IMG/VR virus record: IMGVR_UViG_3300033067_002333
Coordinates: 1 to 41,170 of that record
Length of the DNA stretch: 41,170 nt
Direction: 5' to 3' (one strand)
DNA from: a virus
Taxonomy: Duplodnaviria > Caudoviricetes
Position 1 is the stretch's first letter. Every line of letters starts with the position of its first letter. This document shows, one piece after another, positions 27,115 through 35,461 of the stretch. The translations under genes and the position numbers were made by a program. The notes under the pieces are model-generated. The model made no database searches, had not been told where the DNA came from, and saw only the letters and a program-made list of their open reading frames with translations.

Positions 27115-27486
27115 ATGAAGCGCGATTGGGGATGTGTCCGAGCGATTCTGTTGGCGCTCGAGGAGAAGGGCGACGTCACCACGGCCCTTCATCCGTCGCA
27201 GGTCGCTGGGTACAGCGCTGACGACGTCGTCTACCACATGGGGATGCTCGAGTCCGAGGGGCTCATCCGCGCGAAGTGCCAGCGGATCCATGGTGAGGTG
27301 CGATTCGCCGTGGCATTCGAGCTGTCCTGGGCCGGCCACGATTTCCTCGGGACGCTGAAGAGCTCCAAGGTCTGGAATCGGATCCTCGCCGTCGCACGAG
27401 AAGCCGGCGTGGAGCTCGGCGTCGACACGATCAAGAGTCTCGCCCCGGCCTGCCTGCAGTGGGTGCTGAAGCAGGTGAGTGAATGA
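27115..27486 (+). CDS. DUF2513 winged-helix protein
   Basis: MKRDWGCVRAILL...YHMGML...GLI...LSWAGHDFL...VW. Confidence 0.85.
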   Translation: MKRDWGCVRAILLALEEKGDVTTALHPSQVAGYSADDVVYHMGMLESEGLIRAKCQRIHGEVRFAVAFELSWAGHDFLGTLKSSKVWNRILAVAREAGVELGVDTIKSLAPACLQWVLKQVSE

Positions 27487-28025
27487 GCGACCTCGAGATC
27501 ATCGACGCGCTCATCCGGCGGGAGGGCGGCCGCACCGACAACCCTGCCGATAGCGGCGGGCTCACGCACTTCGGCATCACGAAGGTCGGACTCACCGACT
27601 TCCTCGGCCGCCCGGCCACCGACGACGACATCAACGCCCTGACCGTCGGGAAGGCCCGCGAGTTCTACCAGTGGCTGCTCGACACCACGATCGGCGGCTA
27701 CGTCTCGCACGAGCAGCTCCGCGGCGTGCTGCTGGACATCTACGCGAACCACGGGAACGGCAACGCCACCCGCATCCTGCAGCGGGCGCTGGGCGTCGAC
27801 GTCGACGGCAAGTTCGGCAACCAGACCCGGGCCGCGCTCTCGCACATCGCCTCGATCGACCCGGGCGGTCTGTTCCGCGAGCTGGTGGCGCAGCGCCTCG
27901 AGTTCACGGGGCGCGCGATCACGAAGAACCTCAAGGACGATGACCACGACGGCATCCCCGACAACACGGAGTTCGCCTGGGGATGGCTCAACCGGCAGGC
28001 CGAGTTCGTGAGGATGGCGTCATGA
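27483..28025 (+). CDS. Endolysin, glycoside hydrolase family 108
   Basis: REGGRTDNPADSGGLTHFGIT; LQRALGVDVDGKFG; FAWGWLNR. Confidence 0.92.
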   Translation: MSDLEIIDALIRREGGRTDNPADSGGLTHFGITKVGLTDFLGRPATDDDINALTVGKAREFYQWLLDTTIGGYVSHEQLRGVLLDIYANHGNGNATRILQRALGVDVDGKFGNQTRAALSHIASIDPGGLFRELVAQRLEFTGRAITKNLKDDDHDGIPDNTEFAWGWLNRQAEFVRMAS

Positions 28026-28561
28026 AGAACTGGAAGGAGCTGGTGAAGTCGGTCGCGCCGACGATTGGCAGCGCGCTCGGCACCGCCGTCGGCGGTCCGA
28101 TCTGGGGCGCCGCGGTGAAGAAGCTGGGCGAGCACTGGCTCGGCAAGTCCGATGCGACCGAGGAGGACGTCGCGGCCGCGATCGCCGGCGCCACGCCCGA
28201 GCAGCTGCTCGAGATGAAGAAGCTCGACCAGCAGTTCGAGCGCGACATGGCCCAGCTGCGCAAGGACCTCGAGGTGGACCTCGAGCGCATCGACGCCGGC
28301 GATCGCGCCAGCGCCCGTGAACGCGAGAAGGCGCTCAAGGACTGGGTTCCGTCCGCGCTCGCCGTCACCAACGCCCTCGCGTTCTTCGTGCTGCTGTTCC
28401 TGATGCTCTCCCGCTCAATCCCCGACGCGAACAAGTCCGCGTTCGACATCCTCCTCGGCATGCTCGGTGGCAACATGCTGACGGTGATGACCTACTACTT
28501 CGGTTCGAGCCGCGGCAGCCGGGCGAAGGACGAACTGCTCTCGCGTCGGCAGGGCAACTGA
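28022..28561 (+). CDS. Holin (GTA 3TM-like)
   Basis: APTIGSALG, DRASARERE, TM helices, YYFGSSRGS. Confidence 0.8.
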   Translation: MKNWKELVKSVAPTIGSALGTAVGGPIWGAAVKKLGEHWLGKSDATEEDVAAAIAGATPEQLLEMKKLDQQFERDMAQLRKDLEVDLERIDAGDRASAREREKALKDWVPSALAVTNALAFFVLLFLMLSRSIPDANKSAFDILLGMLGGNMLTVMTYYFGSSRGSRAKDELLSRRQGN

Positions 28562-28562
28562 C

Positions 28563-29000
28563 ATGGAAGGGGCGTGGGGGCAGATGAAAGGGTTGCTCGA
28601 GGGCTTGCTGAAGGAAGCGAAGCAGATCCCCTACACCGTGATCGCCGTGCTGGCCCTCTACGCGGTGATCACCTTCTACGTCCTGCCCGCGGCCGTCCTC
28701 GCGCGGGCCAGTGCGACATCCGTCGACGCGCTCACCCGGAACCTCGCCAATCTCGAGAAGAAACTCGGGGCCATGGACGACAACATCCGCCTGGCGAACG
28801 CCCGCGCGCTGGTCGTGGCGCTGGACTCGCAGCTGTTCCAGATCGAGCAGGAACAGCGCCGCGCTGAGAGGGCTGGCGAAGTCGTCTCGGAAGTGATACT
28901 CCAGCAGCTGCACGAGCTGCAGAACGAGAAGGCGGTCGCCATGGCCGAGCTCCGCGTGCTGCTCGATCGCTCGGATAAGGACGCGTCCCGGGATCCCTGA
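28563..29000 (+). CDS. TM plus coiled-coil protein, possible lysis accessory
   Basis: One TM helix then a heptad-rich region; follows the holin. Confidence 0.55.
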   Translation: MEGAWGQMKGLLEGLLKEAKQIPYTVIAVLALYAVITFYVLPAAVLARASATSVDALTRNLANLEKKLGAMDDNIRLANARALVVALDSQLFQIEQEQRRAERAGEVVSEVILQQLHELQNEKAVAMAELRVLLDRSDKDASRDP

Positions 29001-29033
29001 GACGCCCGCGCATGATGCGCGAGGGTCACATGA

Positions 29034-29282
29034 TTGCGCCCCATCGCCCGCAGGTGGCGTACTCCGCTCGGTAGCTTCATCGGCGAGTACGGTGTATCCC
29101 GGCTCACGCGTGCGCTCGCCGCGGCCGGCCAGCCGGTGACACCCAAGGCCGTGTACCACTGGTTAGGCGGGACTCACGTTCCCCGCCTCGACCGCGCTGT
29201 TGTGATCACGCAGCTGAGCGGCGGGCGTGTCTCGCTCGCGGACATCTACCGGCAGCGGGATGTGGTGAAGGCAGGGGAGTAG
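29034..29282 (+). CDS. Cro-like HTH protein
   Basis: GVSRLTRAL...VTPKAVYHWLGGTHVP; palindrome cgcgcat-g-atgcgcg at 29007-29021 upstream. Confidence 0.65.
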   Translation: MRPIARRWRTPLGSFIGEYGVSRLTRALAAAGQPVTPKAVYHWLGGTHVPRLDRAVVITQLSGGRVSLADIYRQRDVVKAGE

Positions 29283-29294
29283 GCTTCACGGGCC

Positions 29295-29603
29295 TTAGCT
29301 CAACCTGAAGCTGCACTTGGGGCAGAACTTCGCGCCGTCATACACTGTTCCGCAGCTTGGACAGGTGCGTTCGGCCACCGGGGTCGCGCCGGTTACTACC
29401 CTAACCTCACTCGGCTTCGTTAGAGCCCAGACTAAGGCGGCGATCCAGCCCAGACCCGTCCAGCCAAGCAACAGGTTGAGCGCGCCAATCGCCGTGGTCT
29501 GTCTGTGGCCGCCGTTTATGGCAAGTATCAGAGGCAGGAAATACAGAGCCGCGCCGAAAACGACGCAGATCAGGGTGAACAGGCCTAAGGCGACTCCAGC
29601 CAT
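29295..29603 (-). CDS. imm: Superinfection immunity protein (T4 Imm family) with C-terminal zinc ribbon
   Basis: YFLPLILA...LNLLLGWTGLGWIAALVWA; CPSC...CPKC; ggagg RBS. Confidence 0.88.
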   Translation of the reverse strand: MAGVALGLFTLICVVFGAALYFLPLILAINGGHRQTTAIGALNLLLGWTGLGWIAALVWALTKPSEVRVVTGATPVAERTCPSCGTVYDGAKFCPKCSFRLS

Positions 29604-29636
29604 GTGGACCTCCGGGTAATTAGTTGGTGAGCAACG

Positions 29637-29682
29637 CATTGCAACTTTGCCATTGCGCGCCCTCAAGTTTCGGTGCTATCAA
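29637..29682 (+). promoter_or_regulatory. Operator 1 and promoter of the HTH gene
   Basis: CATTGCAA-ctt-TGCCATTG at 29637-55 overlaps TTGCGC; extended -10 TGcTATCAA ends 6 nt before the ATG. Confidence 0.55.
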
Positions 29683-29688
29683 CCCGAC

Positions 29689-29967
29689 ATGCTACTGACG
29701 CCATTAAGGCAGCTGCGCAAGGATGCGCCCGGTTCGTTGACCGGGGCGAAGATGGCCGTACTCTTGCAGAAGCGCGGGCTCAAGCGAATCGGCCCGACAG
29801 TGAACGCCTTCGAGCGCGGCCAGCTCAAGGAGCCGAACGAGCGCTTCGTGGAACTCTATGCCGAGATCATCGGACAGACCGTCGAGACCGTGCGCAACGC
29901 CCTGAAGCGCACGTTGAAGATGCGGGAGTCAGGGTCCGGCCCTTTCGTCGATAGAAGAGTAGCGTAG
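29689..29967 (+). CDS. XRE-like HTH regulator (probable repressor)
   Basis: LRQLRK...LTGAKMA...TVNAFERGQLKEP...FVELYAEIIG. Confidence 0.7.
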   Translation: MLLTPLRQLRKDAPGSLTGAKMAVLLQKRGLKRIGPTVNAFERGQLKEPNERFVELYAEIIGQTVETVRNALKRTLKMRESGSGPFVDRRVA

Positions 29968-29981
29968 TTGGGCAGACTGTC

Positions 29982-30027
29982 CATTGCAAAAATGCCATTG
30001 ACACCCGAGATGAGCTGTCGGTAAGGT
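29982..30027 (+). promoter_or_regulatory. Operator 2 and integrase promoter
   Basis: CATTGCAA-aaa-TGCCATTG at 29982-30000 overlaps TTGACA (29998-30003), 18 bp, TAAGGT. Confidence 0.6.
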
Positions 30028-30087
30028 GAAGCCTGACTAGACGGTGAAGACACTTCAGCGCGGCAACGGACGCCCCCGATAGAACGG

Positions 30088-30936
30088 GTGACCGCACCGA
30101 TGGCTCAGACAGTGAAGGAAGCGGCCGCCCGCTGGCTGGCCGTCTATGTGGCAACCGCAAGGAGCGCGAAGAACATGGCCATGGCAGCGCAGCGCACCCG
30201 GGACTTCATCGAGCCCTTCATGGGGGAGCGTGTCCTCGCGGACATCCGCCCCGATGACGTGCGCGAGTACCGGCTCTGGCTGCAGCAGAAGGACTTGGCC
30301 CCGCGCACTGTCCGCCATCTGCTCACCGACCTGCGTTGCCTGTTCCGCTGGGCGGTGGAATCGGAGCACCTGACTCGCTCACCGTTCCCCCGGGGCGTCA
30401 TGCCCCGCATCCAGGAGACTTCCCCCGATCGGCTGCTCGACGACGAGGTCGCGGCCGTGCTGTCCATCCCGGAGCCGCAGGCGTTCATCGTCCGGCTGGC
30501 TCTGGCGACCGGGCTGCGCTGGGGCGAGCTGTGCCGGGCCGAGGCCGCCCACGTCGAGGGCGCCATGCTTGTCGTGAGCCAGACGAAGTCGACGCGCGTG
30601 CGACGGGTCCCGCTGTCCCCGGCGCTCATCCGCGAGATCCTCTCGAAGTCCGGCCGCCTGGTCCCGTACACTCAGGGCTCGGCGGGTTCGTTCTCGAAGT
30701 TCGTGCGCCGCCACTCCGGGGTCGCACGGTTCCATGTCCACCAGCTGCGCCACACGTTCGCGTGTCGGTGGGTGGAGGCCGGCGGTAGTCTCGCCAGTCT
30801 GCAGCAGATCCTCGGTCATGCGTCGGTCGTGACGACGCAGCATTACGCGAGGCTGAGCGACGAATCGGTTCGTCGTGAGGCGGAGCGGGTCAGGGCGACT
30901 GGTGCCGATCTGGTCATGGACCGGGTTGTCGCCTGA
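30088..30936 (+). CDS. int: Tyrosine integrase
   Basis: TGLRWGEL, HQLRHTFA, LGHAS, TTQHYA. Confidence 0.93.
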   Translation: MTAPMAQTVKEAAARWLAVYVATARSAKNMAMAAQRTRDFIEPFMGERVLADIRPDDVREYRLWLQQKDLAPRTVRHLLTDLRCLFRWAVESEHLTRSPFPRGVMPRIQETSPDRLLDDEVAAVLSIPEPQAFIVRLALATGLRWGELCRAEAAHVEGAMLVVSQTKSTRVRRVPLSPALIREILSKSGRLVPYTQGSAGSFSKFVRRHSGVARFHVHQLRHTFACRWVEAGGSLASLQQILGHASVVTTQHYARLSDESVRREAERVRATGADLVMDRVVA

Positions 30937-31002
30937 TCCCAACTGAGGACGATCAGCAGTCCTGAAGTGCTAGCACAGGTAGTTGGCGGCCCCTGCCGCC
31001 CT

Positions 31003-31042
31003 GAAAAGGGTCGGCTCCCGGAAGCTTTCGCCGCCGGGAGCC
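31003..31042 (-). terminator. Terminator downstream of the tRNA fragment
   Basis: 9-bp stem ggctcccgg/ccgggagcc (31013-42) followed on the minus strand by gacccTTTT. Confidence 0.55.
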
Positions 31043-31047
31043 TAGAT

Positions 31048-31102
31048 TGGTAGCGGGGGCTGGATTTGAACCAGCGACCTTCGGGTTATGAGCCCGACGA
31101 GC
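31048..31102 (-). other. attP core: 3' 55 nt of initiator tRNA-Met (CAT)
   Basis: Minus strand reads GCTCGTCGGGCTCATAACCCGAAGGTCGCTGGTTCAAATCCAGCCCCCGCTACCA; 5' acceptor strand and D-arm start are absent; adjacent to int. Confidence 0.9.
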
Positions 31103-31139
31103 ATGACAGGAGTGCAGGTCGTCCGACATGGAGTGTCGG

Positions 31140-31451
31140 ATGCACACCTCGAGCGCTGGAAACAGGCTGGTCAAGTTCCACCACCGCAACGGAATCAAGT
31201 CCCACGCGCGCGGGCAGCACGCCCCCGTCGCAAGCCCGACGCCACCGTCGCGGCCCTTCCATGATCCGCTGACCGAAGTCGGCAACCGACTCCCGGTCCT
31301 GCCGGGTGGACACCGCGAGTTCGTCGGTGGGCTGGCCCTGCTCGTCGCCGCGGCCGTCGTCGGCTGGCTCGCGTGGGTGGCGTTCGCCGAGGTCTCGCGC
31401 GGTCTCCGTCCCATCCCGCAGGATCCCCGGGCCCAGGCGGTGGCGCGATGA
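31140..31451 (+). CDS. Small membrane protein
   Basis: TM segment GLALLVAAAVVGWLAWVAF; ATGA-coupled to the next gene; start at 31128 or 31140. Confidence 0.45.
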   Translation: MHTSSAGNRLVKFHHRNGIKSHARGQHAPVASPTPPSRPFHDPLTEVGNRLPVLPGGHREFVGGLALLVAAAVVGWLAWVAFAEVSRGLRPIPQDPRAQAVAR

Positions 31452-32116
31452 GCGGCCACCAGAATGGCAGCGCCCACGAGGACACCGTCCGTAGCCTGAT
31501 CGCGGGTTTGGGCGAGTTCATGCGTCGGCGCCGCGACGCGGCCGACGCCGCAGCGCCGAATCCGTGCAAGTGCGCGACGCCCGAGGTCATCGAGTCCACG
31601 CGCGAGCGCATCACCCACGAGCTCGAGGACGCGTTCGATGCCGCCCGCATCCGGCGGGTGAACGTCGCGCGCGAGCTGCAGGAGTTCGAGGCCGACGGCA
31701 TCAAGGCCGTTTCCGAACTCGAGGGGGCGCTCAAGTCCGCCGAAGCAGCGCTCTGGCACTGGAACCAGCAGCAGCACGGGACCAGCGCTCGCGAGTTGAA
31801 CGATGAGGCGCTCGGCAAGCAGCACCGCGAGGAGGCTGTCCGTCGCGCGAAGAAGACGCTCGAGTTCTGTCTCGAGATGCGCAACGCCGCCCGCTCGGAG
31901 AAACGCCGCGAGCTGGACGAAGTGCGGGGCCGTATCGCCCGCGTGGTCCGTTCCATGTCCGCGGTCGCCCGCCTGGACTGCCACGGTCAGCTGCTCGAGT
32001 TCGAGCGCCTGTTCCTCCCGTGGAACGACGGCAAGCTGTCCCGCCCGGTGACGGGCTACGAGACGCGCGCCGGCCACGACACCCACGCCGAGCGCAAGGA
32101 TGGGGGTGCGCGATGA
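31448..32116 (+). CDS. Hypothetical helical protein
   Basis: Coupled ATGA overlaps at both ends. Confidence 0.6.
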   Translation: MSGHQNGSAHEDTVRSLIAGLGEFMRRRRDAADAAAPNPCKCATPEVIESTRERITHELEDAFDAARIRRVNVARELQEFEADGIKAVSELEGALKSAEAALWHWNQQQHGTSARELNDEALGKQHREEAVRRAKKTLEFCLEMRNAARSEKRRELDEVRGRIARVVRSMSAVARLDCHGQLLEFERLFLPWNDGKLSRPVTGYETRAGHDTHAERKDGGAR

Positions 32117-33774
32117 GCACGATGATCCCGCTCAGCGACATCCAGCCCTCGCCGACGAACCCGCGCGCACGGATGGACAAGCAGCTGCTCGCTGAGCTGG
32201 TGGCTAGCGTGAAGACCTACGGCGTGCTCTCGCCTGTGCTGGTGCGGCCGGCGCCGCCGCGCGAGAAAGGCAGCGCGCTGCCCCAGCGGAAGTACGAGCT
32301 GGTTTACGGCCACCGCCGCTTCGCCGCGTGCGAGGACGCGGACCTCACGACGATCCCCGCCGAGATCAAGGATCTCTCCGACCAGGAGGCGCTCGAGATC
32401 CAGCTCGTGGAGAACAAGGACCGCGAGGATATCCACCCGCTGGATGAAGCCGAGGCGTACCAGCGACTGCACGAGTCGTTCAAGCTCGGCGTCGACGATA
32501 TCGCCGTGAAGGTGGGCAAGTCCCGCGCGTACGTCTACGGGCGCATCCAGCTGACCAAGTTGCCGTCCAAAGCGAAAAAGGCGTTCCTCGCGAATGAGAT
32601 CACGCCATCCGTCGCCATGCTCTTCGCGCGGATCCCTGATGCCCAGATCGCTGCGGCCGCCTTCGACGAGTGCCTGAAGCACTACAAGGTCCGTGAGGGC
32701 GACGGTCTCACTGTTCGGGTCGTGGACGAGGTCATCGAGCGGGACTTCCTGCTCCGGCTGAAAGAGGCGCCGTTCAAGACAAGCGACGCCAACCTTGTCC
32801 CGAAGGCCGGCCCGTGCTCCACCTGCCCGAAGCGGACAGGCAACCAGCCCGAGCTGTTCGGCGACGTGAAGAACTCGGATCTGTGCACTGATCGTCGATG
32901 CTTCGCGGCGAAACGGGACGCGGCGTGGGCGCAGATCAAGGCGAAGGCTGAGGAGGACGGCCTTGTCGTGCTCGACGACAAGAAAGCCGCCGTCGCGATG
33001 CAGTCCCATGAGTACGTCGAGCTGGACCAGCAGGACTGGAGTGACCCGAAGCACCGCACCTATCGCCAGATCCTCGAGAAGCACAAGGCGGAGTTCAGCC
33101 CCGTGCTCTGCCGGGGACAGCGGACACTCAAGCCAACGGAGATCATCAAGCGCAGCGAGATCCAGTCCGCTCTGCGCGCGGCCGGCGTGAAAGGGCCAGC
33201 GGTCTTGGGCAACCCGCAAGCTGCAAAAGCCGCGCGCGAGGCCAAAGCCAAGGCCGCAGCCAGTCGCGCCGCACTCGAAGCCGTGATGAAGAAGGTCGAA
33301 AAGGCGCCAGCAACCACGCTCTGGCCCATCGCCGAGATCTTCATGATCCGTCGTCCACACAACGACGTAGGGGCTTCGGTGTGCAGCGCGCTCGGGATCA
33401 AGCGGAACAAGGAGAAGCAGCACGGCTACACGCATCTCGAAAGTCCGTTCGACGCCATCGAACGGTGGATCTCGGGCCATGCCAAGGGCGAACAGGCGGC
33501 AGTCCGCCGCAACGTCGCGTTCCGGATGGTGCTCGCGTCAGCGCTCCCGCACTACCAAGACAAGTTCGGCGCCGAGATGTTGGCGGCCGCCAAGCTCCTC
33601 AAGGTAGATGTCGACAGCGTGTTCAAGCGAACGCGCGCTGAGGCGCTCGCAGCGGCGAAACAGAAGTCCAAGTCAGCTAAGGGTTCGAAGTCCACGGGGA
33701 AGAAGCGCCGCGTGGCTCCACTCGATGAGGATGAGGATCCGAACTTCCTCGACGACGGGGAGGACGGGGAATGA
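32113..33774 (+). CDS. parB: ParB/RepB/Spo0J family protein with a Cys-rich domain
   Basis: SPTNPR, GVLSPVLVRP, YELVYGHRRF, ENKDREDIHPLDEAEAY, HTH, CSTCPKRTG. Confidence 0.9.
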   Translation: MSTMIPLSDIQPSPTNPRARMDKQLLAELVASVKTYGVLSPVLVRPAPPREKGSALPQRKYELVYGHRRFAACEDADLTTIPAEIKDLSDQEALEIQLVENKDREDIHPLDEAEAYQRLHESFKLGVDDIAVKVGKSRAYVYGRIQLTKLPSKAKKAFLANEITPSVAMLFARIPDAQIAAAAFDECLKHYKVREGDGLTVRVVDEVIERDFLLRLKEAPFKTSDANLVPKAGPCSTCPKRTGNQPELFGDVKNSDLCTDRRCFAAKRDAAWAQIKAKAEEDGLVVLDDKKAAVAMQSHEYVELDQQDWSDPKHRTYRQILEKHKAEFSPVLCRGQRTLKPTEIIKRSEIQSALRAAGVKGPAVLGNPQAAKAAREAKAKAAASRAALEAVMKKVEKAPATTLWPIAEIFMIRRPHNDVGASVCSALGIKRNKEKQHGYTHLESPFDAIERWISGHAKGEQAAVRRNVAFRMVLASALPHYQDKFGAEMLAAAKLLKVDVDSVFKRTRAEALAAAKQKSKSAKGSKSTGKKRRVAPLDEDEDPNFLDDGEDGE

Positions 33775-34262
33775 GCTACGCGTCCGGAACCTCCGTCCCG
33801 ATCGAGCGCACCCGCATGGCAATCGAGGAGCTCTGCAAGGACAAGGGCGCGACGCAGTTCATGTCGGCCTTCGACCATGAGAAGGGCGCCGCGATCATCG
33901 GCTGGACAATGGGGGGCCGCATGGTGCGGCTCTCCGTGCCGCTGCCGAGTCCCGAGGAGAAACGCTTCAAGCACCGTCGCACCCGCCACGGTTACTCGTG
34001 GAATGACCTGCCAAAGGAGAAGCAACGCTCGCTCTGGGAGCAGGCGTGCCGTTCCCGTTGGCGCGCGATCCTCCTGATCATGGTGGCGAAGTTCGAAGCG
34101 GTCGAGGCCGGCATCTCGAGCTTCGAGCGCGAGTTCCTCGCGGACACCGTCATGGCCGACGGCAGCACCGTGGGCCAGTGGCTCCAGCCACAGCTCGACG
34201 GGATGTACCAGTCGGGCCGGATGCCGGCGCTGCTGCCTGGTATCGGGGAGACGGGACGATGA
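33771..34262 (+). CDS. Hypothetical phage protein
   Basis: YASGTSVPIERTR...AKFEAVEAGISSFEREFLA; coupled. Confidence 0.7.
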   Translation: MSYASGTSVPIERTRMAIEELCKDKGATQFMSAFDHEKGAAIIGWTMGGRMVRLSVPLPSPEEKRFKHRRTRHGYSWNDLPKEKQRSLWEQACRSRWRAILLIMVAKFEAVEAGISSFEREFLADTVMADGSTVGQWLQPQLDGMYQSGRMPALLPGIGETGR

Positions 34263-34666
34263 CCCGCGAAGAGATCCCCCAGACCTGCCCGAAGTGTGGC
34301 CTGCACAAGTGCGAGGACTTCTTCCACCCGCCCTCTCCGCGCCAGGTCTCACACGCGGCCACGCACGCCGTGCTCTCTGAAGTGTTCGGTGAGCGCGAGC
34401 GCCAGAACGAAATGTGGGGATTGCAGCACGGCCCCACGTCCGAGTGGATGCAGATCCTCATGGAGGAGGTGGGCGAAGCAGCCAAGGAGTCGAACGAGCA
34501 CACGTTCAGCAACAAGCCCGGCGCGCTGCTTCGCATGCGTACCGAGCTCGTGCAGGTGGCGGCCGTCTCTGTCGCGATCATCGAGGACATCGACACCAAG
34601 CTCGCCCTTGAGGCCGCGGTCGAGTTCGAGGACCCGAACCCCGACGGGGAGGTTGCCGGCGCATGA
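34259..34666 (+). CDS. MazG-like NTP pyrophosphohydrolase
   Basis: ILMEEVGEAAKE...ELVQVAAV (all-alpha NTP-PPase EExxE pattern). Confidence 0.75.
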   Translation: MTREEIPQTCPKCGLHKCEDFFHPPSPRQVSHAATHAVLSEVFGERERQNEMWGLQHGPTSEWMQILMEEVGEAAKESNEHTFSNKPGALLRMRTELVQVAAVSVAIIEDIDTKLALEAAVEFEDPNPDGEVAGA

Positions 34667-34863
34667 GCGACCGCCCGTTCGACTGGATCAAGGTGAACTC
34701 GGTCACTCGCTGTTTCCGCTGCTTGCGGTGCGGTCGCGAGGAATCGTTCCCCCTGCCCTCGTTGGCGACCGAGTTCGTCCTCCGCGGCGAGACCTTCCTC
34801 GAGGCCCACGCCCATTGCCAGCCCATGACCAGGGAGGTCACCGATGGACCCGAAGCGGCCTGA
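34663..34863 (+). CDS. Small zinc-binding hypothetical protein
   Basis: CLRC...HAHC; coupled. Confidence 0.5.
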   Translation: MSDRPFDWIKVNSVTRCFRCLRCGREESFPLPSLATEFVLRGETFLEAHAHCQPMTREVTDGPEAA

Positions 34864-35461
34864 CCGGCGCGCCGCGGCGCTGCTCGTCGCCTTCATGCTG
34901 CTCGTCGTGTGGATCCTGATGCACGCGCCGCGGCCGGCGGCCGGCGCCGTGCGTGCGCGCATGTCGTGGACCGCGCCTGGCGGCGGGACCGTGCGCAGCA
35001 TCGAGACGCAGGCGCGCCGACCCGACGGCAGTGTCGTACCGCTCACGCCCTACGCGGACAGCACCGGGACGGCCGCTCCCCGACTCGCGGCCCCCGGTGC
35101 TCGGCAGGACGTGTGGGTTCTCGTGAGCGAGGACTGGCGCTCCGGCGCGTGGATGGTCTGCGCGCGCTCGTGCAACACGGTTGGCTGTTCGGATTGGTCC
35201 AACTGGGGCGTCGTCATCGCGGCCGCGCCGGACACGCTCTGGCACCTCGAGCGCATCGGCAACGGCCCACGCATGGCGCCTCGGGATTCCGTCGAGTGGA
35301 AGCACGCCGGCGGTCTGGTGGGCTGGTCCCTGCAGCGCGGCGACAGCATGACCGTCGCGACGATCATGCATCAGGAGGTCGTGCAGCTGCGCGAGCTGCC
35401 CGCGATCTGCCGCTTCTATGGCTACTACGGGCTACGGGGAGGGCGCGTCCCATGCCCGTGA
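34844..35461 (+). CDS. Exported protein with an FN3-like segment
   Basis: Signal/TM N-terminus; SWTAPG...VCARSCNTVGCSDWSN; ggagg RBS. Confidence 0.55.
   Translation: MDPKRPDRRAAALLVAFMLLVVWILMHAPRPAAGAVRARMSWTAPGGGTVRSIETQARRPDGSVVPLTPYADSTGTAAPRLAAPGARQDVWVLVSEDWRSGAWMVCARSCNTVGCSDWSNWGVVIAAAPDTLWHLERIGNGPRMAPRDSVEWKHAGGLVGWSLQRGDSMTVATIMHQEVVQLRELPAICRFYGYYGLRGGRVPCP

Noticed and set aside
27935-27965. DDDHDGIPD calcium-loop-like insert in the endolysin
   Set aside because: A single short motif, not enough to claim a function
10246-28561. Gene transfer agent interpretation
   Set aside because: GTA-like spike, hub and holin genes are present, but cos ends, integrase/attP and replication genes indicate an autonomous temperate phage
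28574-28896. Embedded o-spanin in alternative frames of the post-holin gene
   Set aside because: No signal peptide or lipobox Cys in the overlapping ORFs
31048-31125. Complete tRNA-Met gene
   Set aside because: The 5' acceptor strand and D-loop are missing; only the att-type 3' fragment is present
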